From positions 1 to 40,041 of the IMG/VR virus record IMGVR_UViG_3300045988_063194: a DNA stretch of 40,041 nucleotides, one strand, 5' to 3'. Of the stretch, positions 16,753-25,573 are shown in pieces. This stretch comes from a virus. Position numbers and translations under genes: made by a program. Each line of letters starts with the position of its first letter. Positions within the stretch are counted from its first letter, which is position 1. Below the pieces are notes generated by a model that worked only from the letters and a program-made list of their open reading frames with translations, did no database searches and had not been told where the DNA came from.

Positions 16753-17406
16753 TCAGTCGGCGACCGGCTGAGACTCGGAATCATCAGCCTGATGATCTTC
16801 GGTATGAGAATCGGATGAAACAGTCGGAGTCACGAAGGACTCCAAATACTTGCTGTTACCGGAATCGCAGACGTCATCCTGAATCCATTCGATGGTCCAA
16901 GCGTCACCGGTGTTCTTGCCGGAGGTTTCCTGCCCCTGCTCGTTGCCGGTCAGATTCACGACACCCAGACGGCGGCGGTGCGTTCCGTTTTTGAAAACGG
17001 TCTCCTTGTAGCAGAACCACTTGCCATCCTGAATCACATCGGTCACGTGATAGACGCCATTGGTGTCCGGCGTTCCGATGGTCATCTGGCGCGTGATGCT
17101 GTTATCCTCGGCCACGGTGAACTGTTCGGTCAGCGAAGCCGTGCCATTAACGCTGTAGCCAGGCTGATGGAACTTGATCGCATCATCGGCGTCGCGACCG
17201 GGCTGCGGCGCGCCATCCTCGGTGATAAGACCGACGAAACCGCCCTTGCTGAAAATCTTGTCCAAACCGGTCTTCACGTCGGCCACGGTCGGCGCGATGA
17301 GATCAGCGGTCAGCTTCTGAGTCGCGTCATAAGGGGCGAAGCGGAAGGCGCTTGTAACCACGATCTTCGCGGCGCTCAGGTCATTGCCTGCTGCATCAGC
17401 TGCCAT
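16753..17406 (-). CDS. Major tail protein
   Basis: Start MAADAAGNDLSAAKIVV (RBS GAAAGGA). 217 aa. Canonical position upstream of the chaperones. Confidence 0.7.
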   Translation of the reverse strand: MAADAAGNDLSAAKIVVTSAFRFAPYDATQKLTADLIAPTVADVKTGLDKIFSKGGFVGLITEDGAPQPGRDADDAIKFHQPGYSVNGTASLTEQFTVAEDNSITRQMTIGTPDTNGVYHVTDVIQDGKWFCYKETVFKNGTHRRRLGVVNLTGNEQGQETSGKNTGDAWTIEWIQDDVCDSGNSKYLESFVTPTVSSDSHTEDHQADDSESQPVAD

Positions 17407-17475
17407 ATTTTGTCCTTTCAAACAAAAAAGGCGCTGAAACAAACGTTTCAACGCCTAAAATTAAGAATTATTGAA

Positions 17476-17895
17476 TTATTGGAATTCTCCAATAGCGGAG
17501 AATTCGAGAGTCAGATAGCATCTGGCGACATTCGCGTCCTCGGCCACGAAATACGGGCCATTGCACCCGTCCTCTTCGATTGACGCGATCGGAGAACCGT
17601 CAAGCGAGCAAATATCAGGGTCGGTGAGCAAACCGTAGATTCTGGATGCCAAGTCACGGCATGGTTTCGGAGCGGCACGAGCCCCATAACGCACGGTCAC
17701 GCCGACGCTCCGGTCGAAGAGCACGCGATTCGACTGCGATCCGCCATCGTCACGCACCACGACGAGCGGCCGTGAGCCGTCGTAATCGTCCGGCTCACGA
17801 TTCGAAACGATGACCGTCGGGAAAGACGGCTTAAGCCTGGCACGCAGAAAAGAGCAGATCCACAATTCAATGTCTGGCGGCAGGACTGCTGTCAT
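17476..17895 (-). CDS. Tail terminator / neck protein (DUF3168-like)
   Basis: Start MTAVLPPDIELWICSFLRARL, overlapping the upstream stop (ATGA). Assigned by position and size. Confidence 0.5.
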   Translation of the reverse strand: MTAVLPPDIELWICSFLRARLKPSFPTVIVSNREPDDYDGSRPLVVVRDDGGSQSNRVLFDRSVGVTVRYGARAAPKPCRDLASRIYGLLTDPDICSLDGSPIASIEEDGCNGPYFVAEDANVARCYLTLEFSAIGEFQ

Positions 17896-18176
17896 GTTTT
17901 GCCTGCCTTCAACGCCTTGCGGAGATTGCCCGTCTTCGATTCCACGAGCAGTGTCTTCGGGTCGGTGCCGACCACCATGCATGTGGTCCGATGCTCGTGC
18001 TGCACCTCCTCGATTTGGAGGCCGTCGCGATACGCGCCCGTATCAACCGGAGCATGCGCTTTCGCATATTCGAGCGTCTTCTCGGCGGCACGACGTGTCA
18101 TGGCCTTGACGCCAGCCGAATTCATCAATTCGTCAAAATATCGGTCGTTGAATTTGACCATCACACCCAAAGCCAT
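17892..18176 (-). CDS. HK97 gp10-like tail-completion/neck protein
   Basis: FNDRYFDELMNSAGVKAMTRRAAEKTLEYAKAHAPVDTGAYRDGL is a typical gp10-family signature (PVDTG..R). Its start overlaps the upstream stop. Confidence 0.6.
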   Translation of the reverse strand: MALGVMVKFNDRYFDELMNSAGVKAMTRRAAEKTLEYAKAHAPVDTGAYRDGLQIEEVQHEHRTTCMVVGTDPKTLLVESKTGNLRKALKAGKT

Positions 18177-18571
18177 CACCCCCGATATTCGGATAATGGA
18201 ATCTCGACCGTCGGCTGCCATGACACAAAAGCATTCGCGTCACGACTCGGATAGCCGGACACCTCCCAACATCGCCCGTCATCCGGCAACGCTCGAATCC
18301 TGTCACCCGGCATGATGTCGAGAGTCGGATCAGGAGCCGTGAGGTAAGCCGTGCTCGTGGTCTGCTCGCGCAGACCGTCTGGCGTGCGCGTGCTGCTGGA
18401 GCTGGCGAGAGCGCCGGTAAAATCCAAAGTTTCCGGATTAGACCAGTCCTCGCCAGCCTGCTCGCCGGAATACGGGTCATCGACCTTCCGAGCACGAAGT
18501 CGCCGCCACTTGGTCACGCCCGGCATGCTGAAGGACGAGCCATGGCCGAGATAATCCAACGCGGAAGTCAC
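18176..18571 (-). CDS. Head-tail adaptor / head closure protein
   Basis: The GTG start overlaps the upstream TGA (GTGA). An alternative GTG lies at 18586. Assigned by position and size. Confidence 0.5.
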   Translation of the reverse strand: MTSALDYLGHGSSFSMPGVTKWRRLRARKVDDPYSGEQAGEDWSNPETLDFTGALASSSSTRTPDGLREQTTSTAYLTAPDPTLDIMPGDRIRALPDDGRCWEVSGYPSRDANAFVSWQPTVEIPLSEYRG

Positions 18572-19113
18572 GGCTTCACCCCCCACGACAAGCGGTAAGG
18601 CTGCAGCGTGCGCTTCTCGGAATCGAAAAGCGCCACGTTAGGCACGCCACCATCGGAACCTGACCGGTAGGTGACGCTTGAGCCATTCGTGGATTGTGAG
18701 GATACGGTGCCGGGCACCTGCATCACACGAGACGCGATGTCCAGCAGGATCATCTGCACTTCCGGCACATCCTCCAAATCCCAGCCATCAGTGATGGTCG
18801 CTTCCACACTCCCCGGCAAATCAGGGAAGGTGGCGCCATTGACCAGCACAAGGCTCCCAGCCTCGCTGAAACGCACATCCTGCACGTGCTCCACGCCATC
18901 AAGCTTCAGACTCGAAAGCGCGGTCACATGCTTGGATGGCAAGAGAAGCGAGTCACCGCCATGACCATCCAAGCGAATAGTGCGGGTGACGGAAGGCGCG
19001 ACATGCCAGCCGCAATGCTTGCGAATCGCAGCCTGAGCGGCCCTCATCTTGAAACCGGCATCGACTTGGAAAGAGTCGGCGCTTGGAATCAGATCACCAA
19101 TCACGGCAGTCAT
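18568..19113 (-). CDS. Head-tail connector (gp6-like)
   Basis: 181 aa. RBS GGGGGTG. Its position downstream of the capsid genes fits a connector. Confidence 0.55.
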   Translation of the reverse strand: MTAVIGDLIPSADSFQVDAGFKMRAAQAAIRKHCGWHVAPSVTRTIRLDGHGGDSLLLPSKHVTALSSLKLDGVEHVQDVRFSEAGSLVLVNGATFPDLPGSVEATITDGWDLEDVPEVQMILLDIASRVMQVPGTVSSQSTNGSSVTYRSGSDGGVPNVALFDSEKRTLQPYRLSWGVKP

Positions 19114-19130
19114 GCCGCACCCCCAATCAC

Positions 19131-19367
19131 TTACTTGGCTGCCATCAGGCCAGCGGCCACCAGAGAATCGATAAGCGCATCGAATTCCTGCTTGGTCGGC
19201 GCGTCAGAAGCTGCCTTCGGCACATTATTCGCCACCGGAAGAGAGACGGCACCGCCGATAGTGACCGGCTTGCCCTTGGCGTCAAGCGCCACAAGCTCCG
19301 CCACGTCCTGCGTCTTGTCGACGTTCGCCTCTTTCGGAGTGGCGAAGCGCACATACTTCTGCGTCAT
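19131..19367 (-). CDS. Small head-associated protein (decoration/head-fibre-like)
   Basis: 78 aa, immediately after the major capsid gene. C-terminus EFDALIDSLVAAGLMAAK. Confidence 0.4.
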   Translation of the reverse strand: MTQKYVRFATPKEANVDKTQDVAELVALDAKGKPVTIGGAVSLPVANNVPKAASDAPTKQEFDALIDSLVAAGLMAAK

Positions 19368-19369
19368 GA

Positions 19370-20554
19370 TCAGGCCGCCTTACCGAGAGTGACCTTCACG
19401 AAGGCCTTCGGATACTTGACCTGCAGGCCCAGACGCTCGGAGACGCGGCACTTCTGCTTGAAGTGCAGGAAATCGTCAGTGTCGGAGTCGGTCATCTTCA
19501 CGACCAGACCACCCTTGCGCAGCACCTTGGCGCTCTTGAAAGCGCCGACCAGCGCGGTGCCTTCGGTGATGGCGGCGGTGGCCACGGTCGGGATGTTCCA
19601 CAGCTTGGCCCCATCGGTCAGGTTGAGGTAGTTGCCGTTCGCATCCTTGGCGATGGTCAGCTTCCAGAAGTCAAGCGGATTCATCACGTAGGCGTCGGCT
19701 TGGAAGTTGGTGGTGGTGGTGATCTGCAGGGCCGCCTTGGACAGACGGTCGGCGTCGGACAGTTCATCCTTATCCATCGTCTGAATTCCACGGTTGAACA
19801 GGCCGGTCAGATTGTTTTCACTGCCATCACCGGACAGCAGCTGCGTCTCCTCCTGCAGCTTCAGGTCATACTGCGCGGCATCGTTGATTTCGCCGATGAC
19901 CCAGGACAGATCATCCATCATGTCCTCGCTGATGCCGAAGAAGCTGGCCACCTTGCCGATCTTGTCCTGCTTCCAAGTCGGGTCCTTCCAATGGACCTGC
20001 GGGGCGGCGCCGGTCTCCTCGACCATCGTGGCGTTGCCTTCCAGCTCATCGAAAACCGGATACTGCAGGACGGTGCCGGTGATGGCGCCGGCAGAGAACA
20101 GGTCGGCCACGACCAGCGGACGCTGATACGGGCGAGCAGGCTCGGTATCGGTCTGGGTCAGATACGGCGTGTAACCGGCAGACGGCGCACCCTCGACATT
20201 GGTGTCGGTGTTCGCCTTGCACTCGACCTCGTAGCCATGAGCGATGGCGGACTTCACGTCAAAGCCAGCCGTCTGCATGGACTGGACGTAATATTCGCCG
20301 ACGCTCTTGGCATGGATGGCATCGGAGCCACCGACATGCTGCACGCCAGACTTGGCATTGAGCTGGCCGATCTGCGTGAGCAGATCATCGGTCTGCTTCA
20401 TACCGTCCATCTGACGGTCGATGCCCTCGATCTCAGCCAGCGCGTTCTTCACGAATGCGATGGTGTCGCCATCCGCCTTGCCAGCGGCCAGCAGGCCCTG
20501 CTTCTCTTCGAGCTGCTTAACAAGCGCGGCTCGCTTTTCCTTGAGAGATGCCAT
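19370..20554 (-). CDS. Major capsid protein, HK97 family
   Basis: Start MASLKEKRAALVKQLEE (coiled delta-like N-terminus, RBS GGGGAG). 394 aa. Follows the prohead protease. Confidence 0.9.
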   Translation of the reverse strand: MASLKEKRAALVKQLEEKQGLLAAGKADGDTIAFVKNALAEIEGIDRQMDGMKQTDDLLTQIGQLNAKSGVQHVGGSDAIHAKSVGEYYVQSMQTAGFDVKSAIAHGYEVECKANTDTNVEGAPSAGYTPYLTQTDTEPARPYQRPLVVADLFSAGAITGTVLQYPVFDELEGNATMVEETGAAPQVHWKDPTWKQDKIGKVASFFGISEDMMDDLSWVIGEINDAAQYDLKLQEETQLLSGDGSENNLTGLFNRGIQTMDKDELSDADRLSKAALQITTTTNFQADAYVMNPLDFWKLTIAKDANGNYLNLTDGAKLWNIPTVATAAITEGTALVGAFKSAKVLRKGGLVVKMTDSDTDDFLHFKQKCRVSERLGLQVKYPKAFVKVTLGKAA

Positions 20555-20559
20555 TACGG

Positions 20560-21363
20560 TCACTCCCCTTTCCGCCCAACTTGGGCAATCTTGATTGCGA
20601 GTTGCAACGCTTCCGCTTCGGAAAAACCGTCCGGCTCCTCGGACTTGGCCCCTTCAGGCTCCTCGTTCTTGGCTGCGCCGGCATCCGATGCCTTCGCATC
20701 GTCACTCTGGTCATTGTCATCATTGTTGTCGGACTGAGTGGTGTTCTCAGCCACGAAATCCTTGAGTTTCTTCGCCTGACCTGTCAGGTCATCGGCGATC
20801 TGCGAGAGAATGTCTAGATTCTTCTGCGAGAGGGGGCGTCCGGTCTTCAATCGGCTCAGCGCGTCCTTCACGTCAACGATGCCGGTATCCTGATTCGCGC
20901 CGATCGGCACGAAGGACGCCTCATACACCTTCAATTCGCGCAGTTCGTTCGCCTTGGTGCCGTCATCAAGCTCAACCTCGCCCTCGTCCACCACGTCGAA
21001 CGCGAAGGACAGTTGACTCAGACGCTTTTCCTTGATCAGGTGGTAGACCTGCGCGGCCTTCGGAGAGTCCATGTCGAAATGGCCTTTAATCCACCAGCCG
21101 TGATCGTCCTCGCCCATCGAATCGACGCCGCCGATGTTGTAATCGGGGTCATCCATGCGATGCCCATACAACACCGGCAGCGTGTTGCCGCTGTCCTGCC
21201 ATGCCTTGATCGTCTTGCTGAACGCGCCGTTCGCCACCACGTCACCGTAACAGTCGGGTTCGCGGGTGAAAGTGGAAGGGTAGGCGATGAATTCGCCGTC
21301 CTTGAGCGCCGAGTCCTCGCCGTCGGCCTTGAATCGGCAATCGAAATCCTTAAAATGCATCAT
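20560..21363 (-). CDS. Prohead serine protease (HK97 family) with an acidic scaffold-like C-terminus
   Basis: DCYGDVVANGAFSKTIKAW...LPVLYGHRMDDP. RBS AAGGAGGTG. C-terminal DNNDDNDQSDD low-complexity tail. Confidence 0.85.
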   Translation of the reverse strand: MMHFKDFDCRFKADGEDSALKDGEFIAYPSTFTREPDCYGDVVANGAFSKTIKAWQDSGNTLPVLYGHRMDDPDYNIGGVDSMGEDDHGWWIKGHFDMDSPKAAQVYHLIKEKRLSQLSFAFDVVDEGEVELDDGTKANELRELKVYEASFVPIGANQDTGIVDVKDALSRLKTGRPLSQKNLDILSQIADDLTGQAKKLKDFVAENTTQSDNNDDNDQSDDAKASDAGAAKNEEPEGAKSEEPDGFSEAEALQLAIKIAQVGRKGE

Positions 21364-22861
21364 GCACCTCCTTGGAATGCGTTCGCATGTCCTCCGTCTC
21401 CTGCAATGCCCTCACACCGGCATCGAACTGTCCCAAACCGGCCTTGATGGTCAGGTCGGCCTGCAGTTCGTTCTGCCATTTGAGCCATTTGATGTCATCG
21501 ACGCCCATACCGGCGCCGAAACGTGATCTGACGCTCTTCTCCAAGCGTTCGCGCCAAGCATTGACGATTGCCGCTGTTTTCTCACCGTCGTCCGATTCAA
21601 TGGCCGAACCGTCGGCTGGACGCGACGGGTCACCGCCATCCTGCGGGCTTGACTGGCCGCCCTTGGTGACATTGAGCGGCACAACCAGTTCGTCACCGCC
21701 ATCGACGCGTGGCAGATTCTGACTGGCGCGCGCCTCGTTCGGCGTGATCCACGGAGCTCCCACCGAAGTGCTCATCACACTGGCCTGTTCCTCGAAATCG
21801 CCGGAAAGCTTGCTGCGGATGTCGAATTCGATGTAATTCACGTCCGGCGCACCGACCTTCGGAGCGAGGAAGGTGTTTATCCTGTCCTCGATCATGCGCA
21901 TGGTCGGACCAAGCGTCTCGGAATACAGCATCTTGCGGAATTCCTTGGTATTCGAGAAATTCGCGTTATCAAGGATGCCGACCATGACCGGCGAGACGTG
22001 GTAGACGCTTGCGACGGTGGACAGCGAAAGCTTCGTGACCTCGCTGAATTCCTCCTCACGAGCAGTGAAGCCCAAACGCTTCAACTCCATGCCATCCTCA
22101 AGCAGCGGCGTGGCACCGGCCTGCGCTCCCCTGTCGGTGAATTCCTTCCACCCGCGCTTGAAACGCTCTCGGTCGGCGTCATCCCATTCCGGCGCATCCT
22201 TCGGACGCACCAGCACGCTGCCGATACGGCCGCCGCGCTTCCACACCTGAGTGCGATACGACCATGCCTGGATCTGCTCGTTGATAATGTCCTTCAAGGC
22301 TCTCACGGGAGTAACGCCCTGCGTCGGGTCATCCGGATTCCACCCGTGGAACACAAGCATGTCATCGGCCGGCACATCATAGTATGACGTGCCCAAATCA
22401 GGATAAACGCGATAATAGGCCGGCTGGAACACACTGCCATCACGCTTCGCCTGCACCCAGCATGGCGGAATCGGCTGAATCTGCCAGCTACCGAACTTGT
22501 CGGCATCCCGATCAGGCGTCTGCATGACAACCCAGTAGGCGTTATCGTAAAGCGCCAGGTCAGCCACAAGCTGACGCATCAGCTCATAGCCCGTCATCGT
22601 GCCGTTCGGCTGCTTCAGCAGATTTATCAGCACATCATCGGTCACACGCTGCCTGTCCGTGTCGCTGACACGCTCGAATTCCTTCAAACCGACCTGAGCG
22701 ACATTCCGCGCCAGGAAAGTAATCACGGTACGCAAATGCGGCTGCGTCTTGAAAAGCTCGGCCTCCGTCTGACCCTGAATCACGGCCATCTGGTCAGACA
22801 AATCAAAGGAAATGCTGTAGCGCGGCTGGAAAACGTTCCTCAAGGCGCTCCAAAGGCCCAT
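21350..22861 (-). CDS. Portal protein (HK97 family)
   Basis: 503 aa, between TerL and the protease. RBS GGAGGTG. Confidence 0.9.
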   Translation of the reverse strand: MGLWSALRNVFQPRYSISFDLSDQMAVIQGQTEAELFKTQPHLRTVITFLARNVAQVGLKEFERVSDTDRQRVTDDVLINLLKQPNGTMTGYELMRQLVADLALYDNAYWVVMQTPDRDADKFGSWQIQPIPPCWVQAKRDGSVFQPAYYRVYPDLGTSYYDVPADDMLVFHGWNPDDPTQGVTPVRALKDIINEQIQAWSYRTQVWKRGGRIGSVLVRPKDAPEWDDADRERFKRGWKEFTDRGAQAGATPLLEDGMELKRLGFTAREEEFSEVTKLSLSTVASVYHVSPVMVGILDNANFSNTKEFRKMLYSETLGPTMRMIEDRINTFLAPKVGAPDVNYIEFDIRSKLSGDFEEQASVMSTSVGAPWITPNEARASQNLPRVDGGDELVVPLNVTKGGQSSPQDGGDPSRPADGSAIESDDGEKTAAIVNAWRERLEKSVRSRFGAGMGVDDIKWLKWQNELQADLTIKAGLGQFDAGVRALQETEDMRTHSKEVHDAF

Positions 22862-22887
22862 AAGGCACCTCCAATCGCTTCAAAAAA

Positions 22888-24507
22888 TCAAAGAATCATC
22901 AGTCCATGCCCCGAATAGGCGGAAGCCTTAGCCGGTTCGGCATCCACAGCCTGCATGGTCTCCAAGGCGTACAATGCCTGCGATTCGGCGACCAAGCCGG
23001 AAATCTGCAATGCTGATTTCGTCCTGTCCCACACCTCGACCTCGCCGAGCCGTCGGGACACGGCCACACTTACCTGCTGTTCGATGGCGGGCTGCGGAAG
23101 ATGCCGTAGCTTGCCCTCGCGCACGCGGTCGAGGAAGCGGCCGCAGCACGCGCCCAGACGGAAGCCTTCGATGAGATGCACCGTCCACCCTTTTTCGGTG
23201 AGCGGGTCGATGAAGTCCACTGCCGGACAGCCCTTTGACTGCACTGCTATCTCGCAGATGCCCGGCCAGCTCTCACGAAGCAGGTCGAGATAATGCGGAA
23301 CCCACAGCATGCCGTCACGACGGGCTATCAGCTCCACATGCGGCAACCCGTCCGCACGCATTCCGGCAGCGGCCACATACGTGGTCTTACGGTCCGCGCT
23401 CGTGTCCACGGACAGCACGACGCGATTACCGTCAGGAATCATGGAACGCGAGTCGATGCCGCTGGCCCACATTTTCGGATTGATGAAAGGAATGATGTCA
23501 GCCGTGACCCACTGGCACAGGACTTCCGTACGGAACGCGGCCTCGGTCATGCCATCGATATCGGACCGAACCGACATGACGGTCATCGGCCCGTAGCCGA
23601 GCGACGGATTCGCCTGGCGAATAGCGTCGGCGTCATCCACCGGACACTTGTCCGGAGCGCTCCATTCGAAATATCCGAAAGAACCGTCCCGTTCGCCGGA
23701 CAGGAACACGTCGGCCGGATTTCCACCATCGGCGCTCAGACGAGTCCACTCGTCAACAAGCTTGCGGCCCTTGTCCACCTGCTTGCGCAACGCGACACTG
23801 CGATAATCGCCCGCATTGCTGATGCCCCACAACTGGCTCGACCACACAGCCTTCGTGGTCTGGCTGACGGCATTCCAGCCATCATCATTATGCTGTTCAC
23901 GCAACTCGTCGAACACCACGCGCGCGGCCGATTTCGCTCGAATGTTCTTGTCGGCGCGGACGATATATCGGGCCTTCGAGCGGGTGATGATCGCTTCCTC
24001 GCCGTTGGTGTTGACGAATTTTTGCGTCATCGCGGCGAGATCCGGAATCACCAGATCCGCTTCCTCATCAGTCGCCGGAGCAGGATTGCACCACTCCTTG
24101 ACCTGATTGTAAGGGCCCTTGGCATTGTCCAACGTCTGCGCCGCACCGACCACCAGGAATTTGACGGGCGGCACGCGGTCGGGATGCTTGTTGGAGTCCA
24201 CGAACAGCCACCATGCGGCCAAAACGCCCATGAGCGTGGTCTTGCCGTTCTGACGGGCGACAAGCACGATGACCTTGCGGAAGCGATAGCTGCCGTCCTC
24301 AAGCAACTCCAAGGCATGCACCAATAACCATTGTTGCCACGGATACAAATGCACGTGCAGCATGATCTCCGCGAACGCGATCACCGCGAAACCATTCGAG
24401 GTCTCCTTGGTCAACGGCCTGAGCGGTGGCGTGAAGATGCGCGGCAAGGTCACGCCATGCCTCTCATCATCGACGGCACCGAAAACCGTAAGATTCTCAG
24501 CCGCCAT
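22888..24507 (-). CDS. terL: Terminase large subunit
   Basis: 539 aa. Walker A VLVARQNGKTTLMG. C-terminal nuclease region. RBS GAGGAGG. Confidence 0.93.
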   Translation of the reverse strand: MAAENLTVFGAVDDERHGVTLPRIFTPPLRPLTKETSNGFAVIAFAEIMLHVHLYPWQQWLLVHALELLEDGSYRFRKVIVLVARQNGKTTLMGVLAAWWLFVDSNKHPDRVPPVKFLVVGAAQTLDNAKGPYNQVKEWCNPAPATDEEADLVIPDLAAMTQKFVNTNGEEAIITRSKARYIVRADKNIRAKSAARVVFDELREQHNDDGWNAVSQTTKAVWSSQLWGISNAGDYRSVALRKQVDKGRKLVDEWTRLSADGGNPADVFLSGERDGSFGYFEWSAPDKCPVDDADAIRQANPSLGYGPMTVMSVRSDIDGMTEAAFRTEVLCQWVTADIIPFINPKMWASGIDSRSMIPDGNRVVLSVDTSADRKTTYVAAAGMRADGLPHVELIARRDGMLWVPHYLDLLRESWPGICEIAVQSKGCPAVDFIDPLTEKGWTVHLIEGFRLGACCGRFLDRVREGKLRHLPQPAIEQQVSVAVSRRLGEVEVWDRTKSALQISGLVAESQALYALETMQAVDAEPAKASAYSGHGLMIL

Positions 24508-24517
24508 CGCAACCTCC

Positions 24518-24859
24518 TCAGCCGAAACGCTTCATGAAATCATCCATCGCGATAACCTTGTCGCTCTTCGCTTCCTCAGCCCTGACTTCGAGCTTCTGCC
24601 TAGCCGGACGCCCGACCTTCGCTGGAGCGTCCAAAGTCAATCCGAGAGACTGGCAGTATTTCAGGAAAGTCGGCAGAGTCACATTGTCGATCTTCCCGTT
24701 CACGTCAACGAATCCGGTGGCATTCAGGAAGTCAATCCGACCAGCCAGTACGCGGGCGGCCGCGACCACTGCGGAATTCACGGCCTTCAGCCCATCGGCG
24801 TTCTTCAATGAGCGCTCCAAAGCCTCCGCCACATTATGGCTCGGAAATTTCGCCGACAT
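24518..24859 (-). CDS. terS: Terminase small subunit (P27-like)
   Basis: 113 aa, directly upstream of terL and downstream of the HNH gene. RBS GAGGTGAAG. Confidence 0.6.
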   Translation of the reverse strand: MSAKFPSHNVAEALERSLKNADGLKAVNSAVVAAARVLAGRIDFLNATGFVDVNGKIDNVTLPTFLKYCQSLGLTLDAPAKVGRPARQKLEVRAEEAKSDKVIAMDDFMKRFG

Positions 24860-25003
24860 GCTTCACCTCGAATCTGCAATCGCGCGCGCGACCCCCGGTC
24901 AATTTCGGCCATCGGGGAGAGGAAGAGCAACCACGCGGGACGTGGGTCGGTTCGGGGTGGTTTTCAGGATTTCACCGCCCCTATCCCTTTGGTGGTTGAT
25001 GTT

Positions 25004-25312
25004 TTAGTCGCTTGTGTTGATCCATTGTCGGCTTAGTGTGCCGATGGGTGTTGGTGGGTCTTGGTTGCTTCTGAGTCTGTTGCAGCTGGTGTGGCTTGGC
25101 TTGAAGCCTGCCGGGTCGAACTGCAGCTCGGGGTGCTTCGAGACGGGATAGAGGTGATCGAGATTGAATGAATCATCAGTGGTGTTCTTCGTCGCCTCGT
25201 AGTCTATCGGCATTCCGCAGAGCCAGCAGACCGCATGGCTTGCCTTGCACTTTGTGAAGAATGCGGCCTTGTCTTTCTCGAATTGGCGTGTGGTCTTGCG
25301 GACTCTTGGCAT
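25004..25312 (-). CDS. HNH endonuclease (packaging-associated)
   Basis: CWLCGMPI...NLDHLYPVSKHP...PSHTSCN has HNH and zinc-finger motifs. Classical HNH-terS-terL arrangement of cos phages. Confidence 0.85.
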   Translation of the reverse strand: MPRVRKTTRQFEKDKAAFFTKCKASHAVCWLCGMPIDYEATKNTTDDSFNLDHLYPVSKHPELQFDPAGFKPSHTSCNRLRSNQDPPTPIGTLSRQWINTSD

Positions 25313-25329
25313 GTGGTCACCGCCTTGTG

Positions 25330-25489
25330 TGGTGCTTCGGGCTGGAGTCGAACCAGCGCTTGTGTGGGGCGCACTGTCTTTTTATCATCACGGGCATTCG
25401 ATTTAAAGAAGTAGGAAGCCATGGCCGGTAAGGTATCCGTCCTAGGTATCTGTGCTATCCCTCGTGCTCTGCCACTGAGCTACCGAAGC
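25330..25489 (-). ncRNA. Aberrant 160-nt tRNA-like gene: canonical acceptor, D and T arms plus encoded CCA, but about 108 nt between position 26 and the T stem
   Basis: The minus strand reads GCTTCGG-TA-GCTC-AGTGGCA-GAGC-A-[108 nt]-GCTGG-TTCGACT-CCAGC-CCGAAGC-A-CCA. The acceptor stem is a perfect 7 bp. U8, A14, G18G19, A21 and the T-loop are conserved. No 5/7/5 anticodon arm could be found by eye. Confidence 0.65.
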
Positions 25490-25545
25490 TGGATATGAAT
25501 AATGGTCCAACCATTTCTGGCTGAACCATTCTACGAACATACGAC

Positions 25546-25573
25546 AGTATAGCATTTCAACGGTGACAGTCAA
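25546..25573 (-). promoter_or_regulatory. Near-consensus promoter TTGACT-16-TATACT (candidate late promoter)
   Basis: -35 at 25568..25573 and -10 at 25546..25551 on the minus strand. It overlaps the 3' end of the upstream CDS and lies about 50 nt upstream of the tRNA-like gene. A nested hairpin (AATGGT...ACCATT) sits in the leader. Confidence 0.5.

Noticed and set aside
25204-25422. 72-aa ORF overlapping the tRNA-like element
   Set aside because: Its translation is basic low-complexity sequence (…KTVRPTQALVRLQPEAPHK…). It spans the HNH start and the tRNA-like T-arm and has no RBS.
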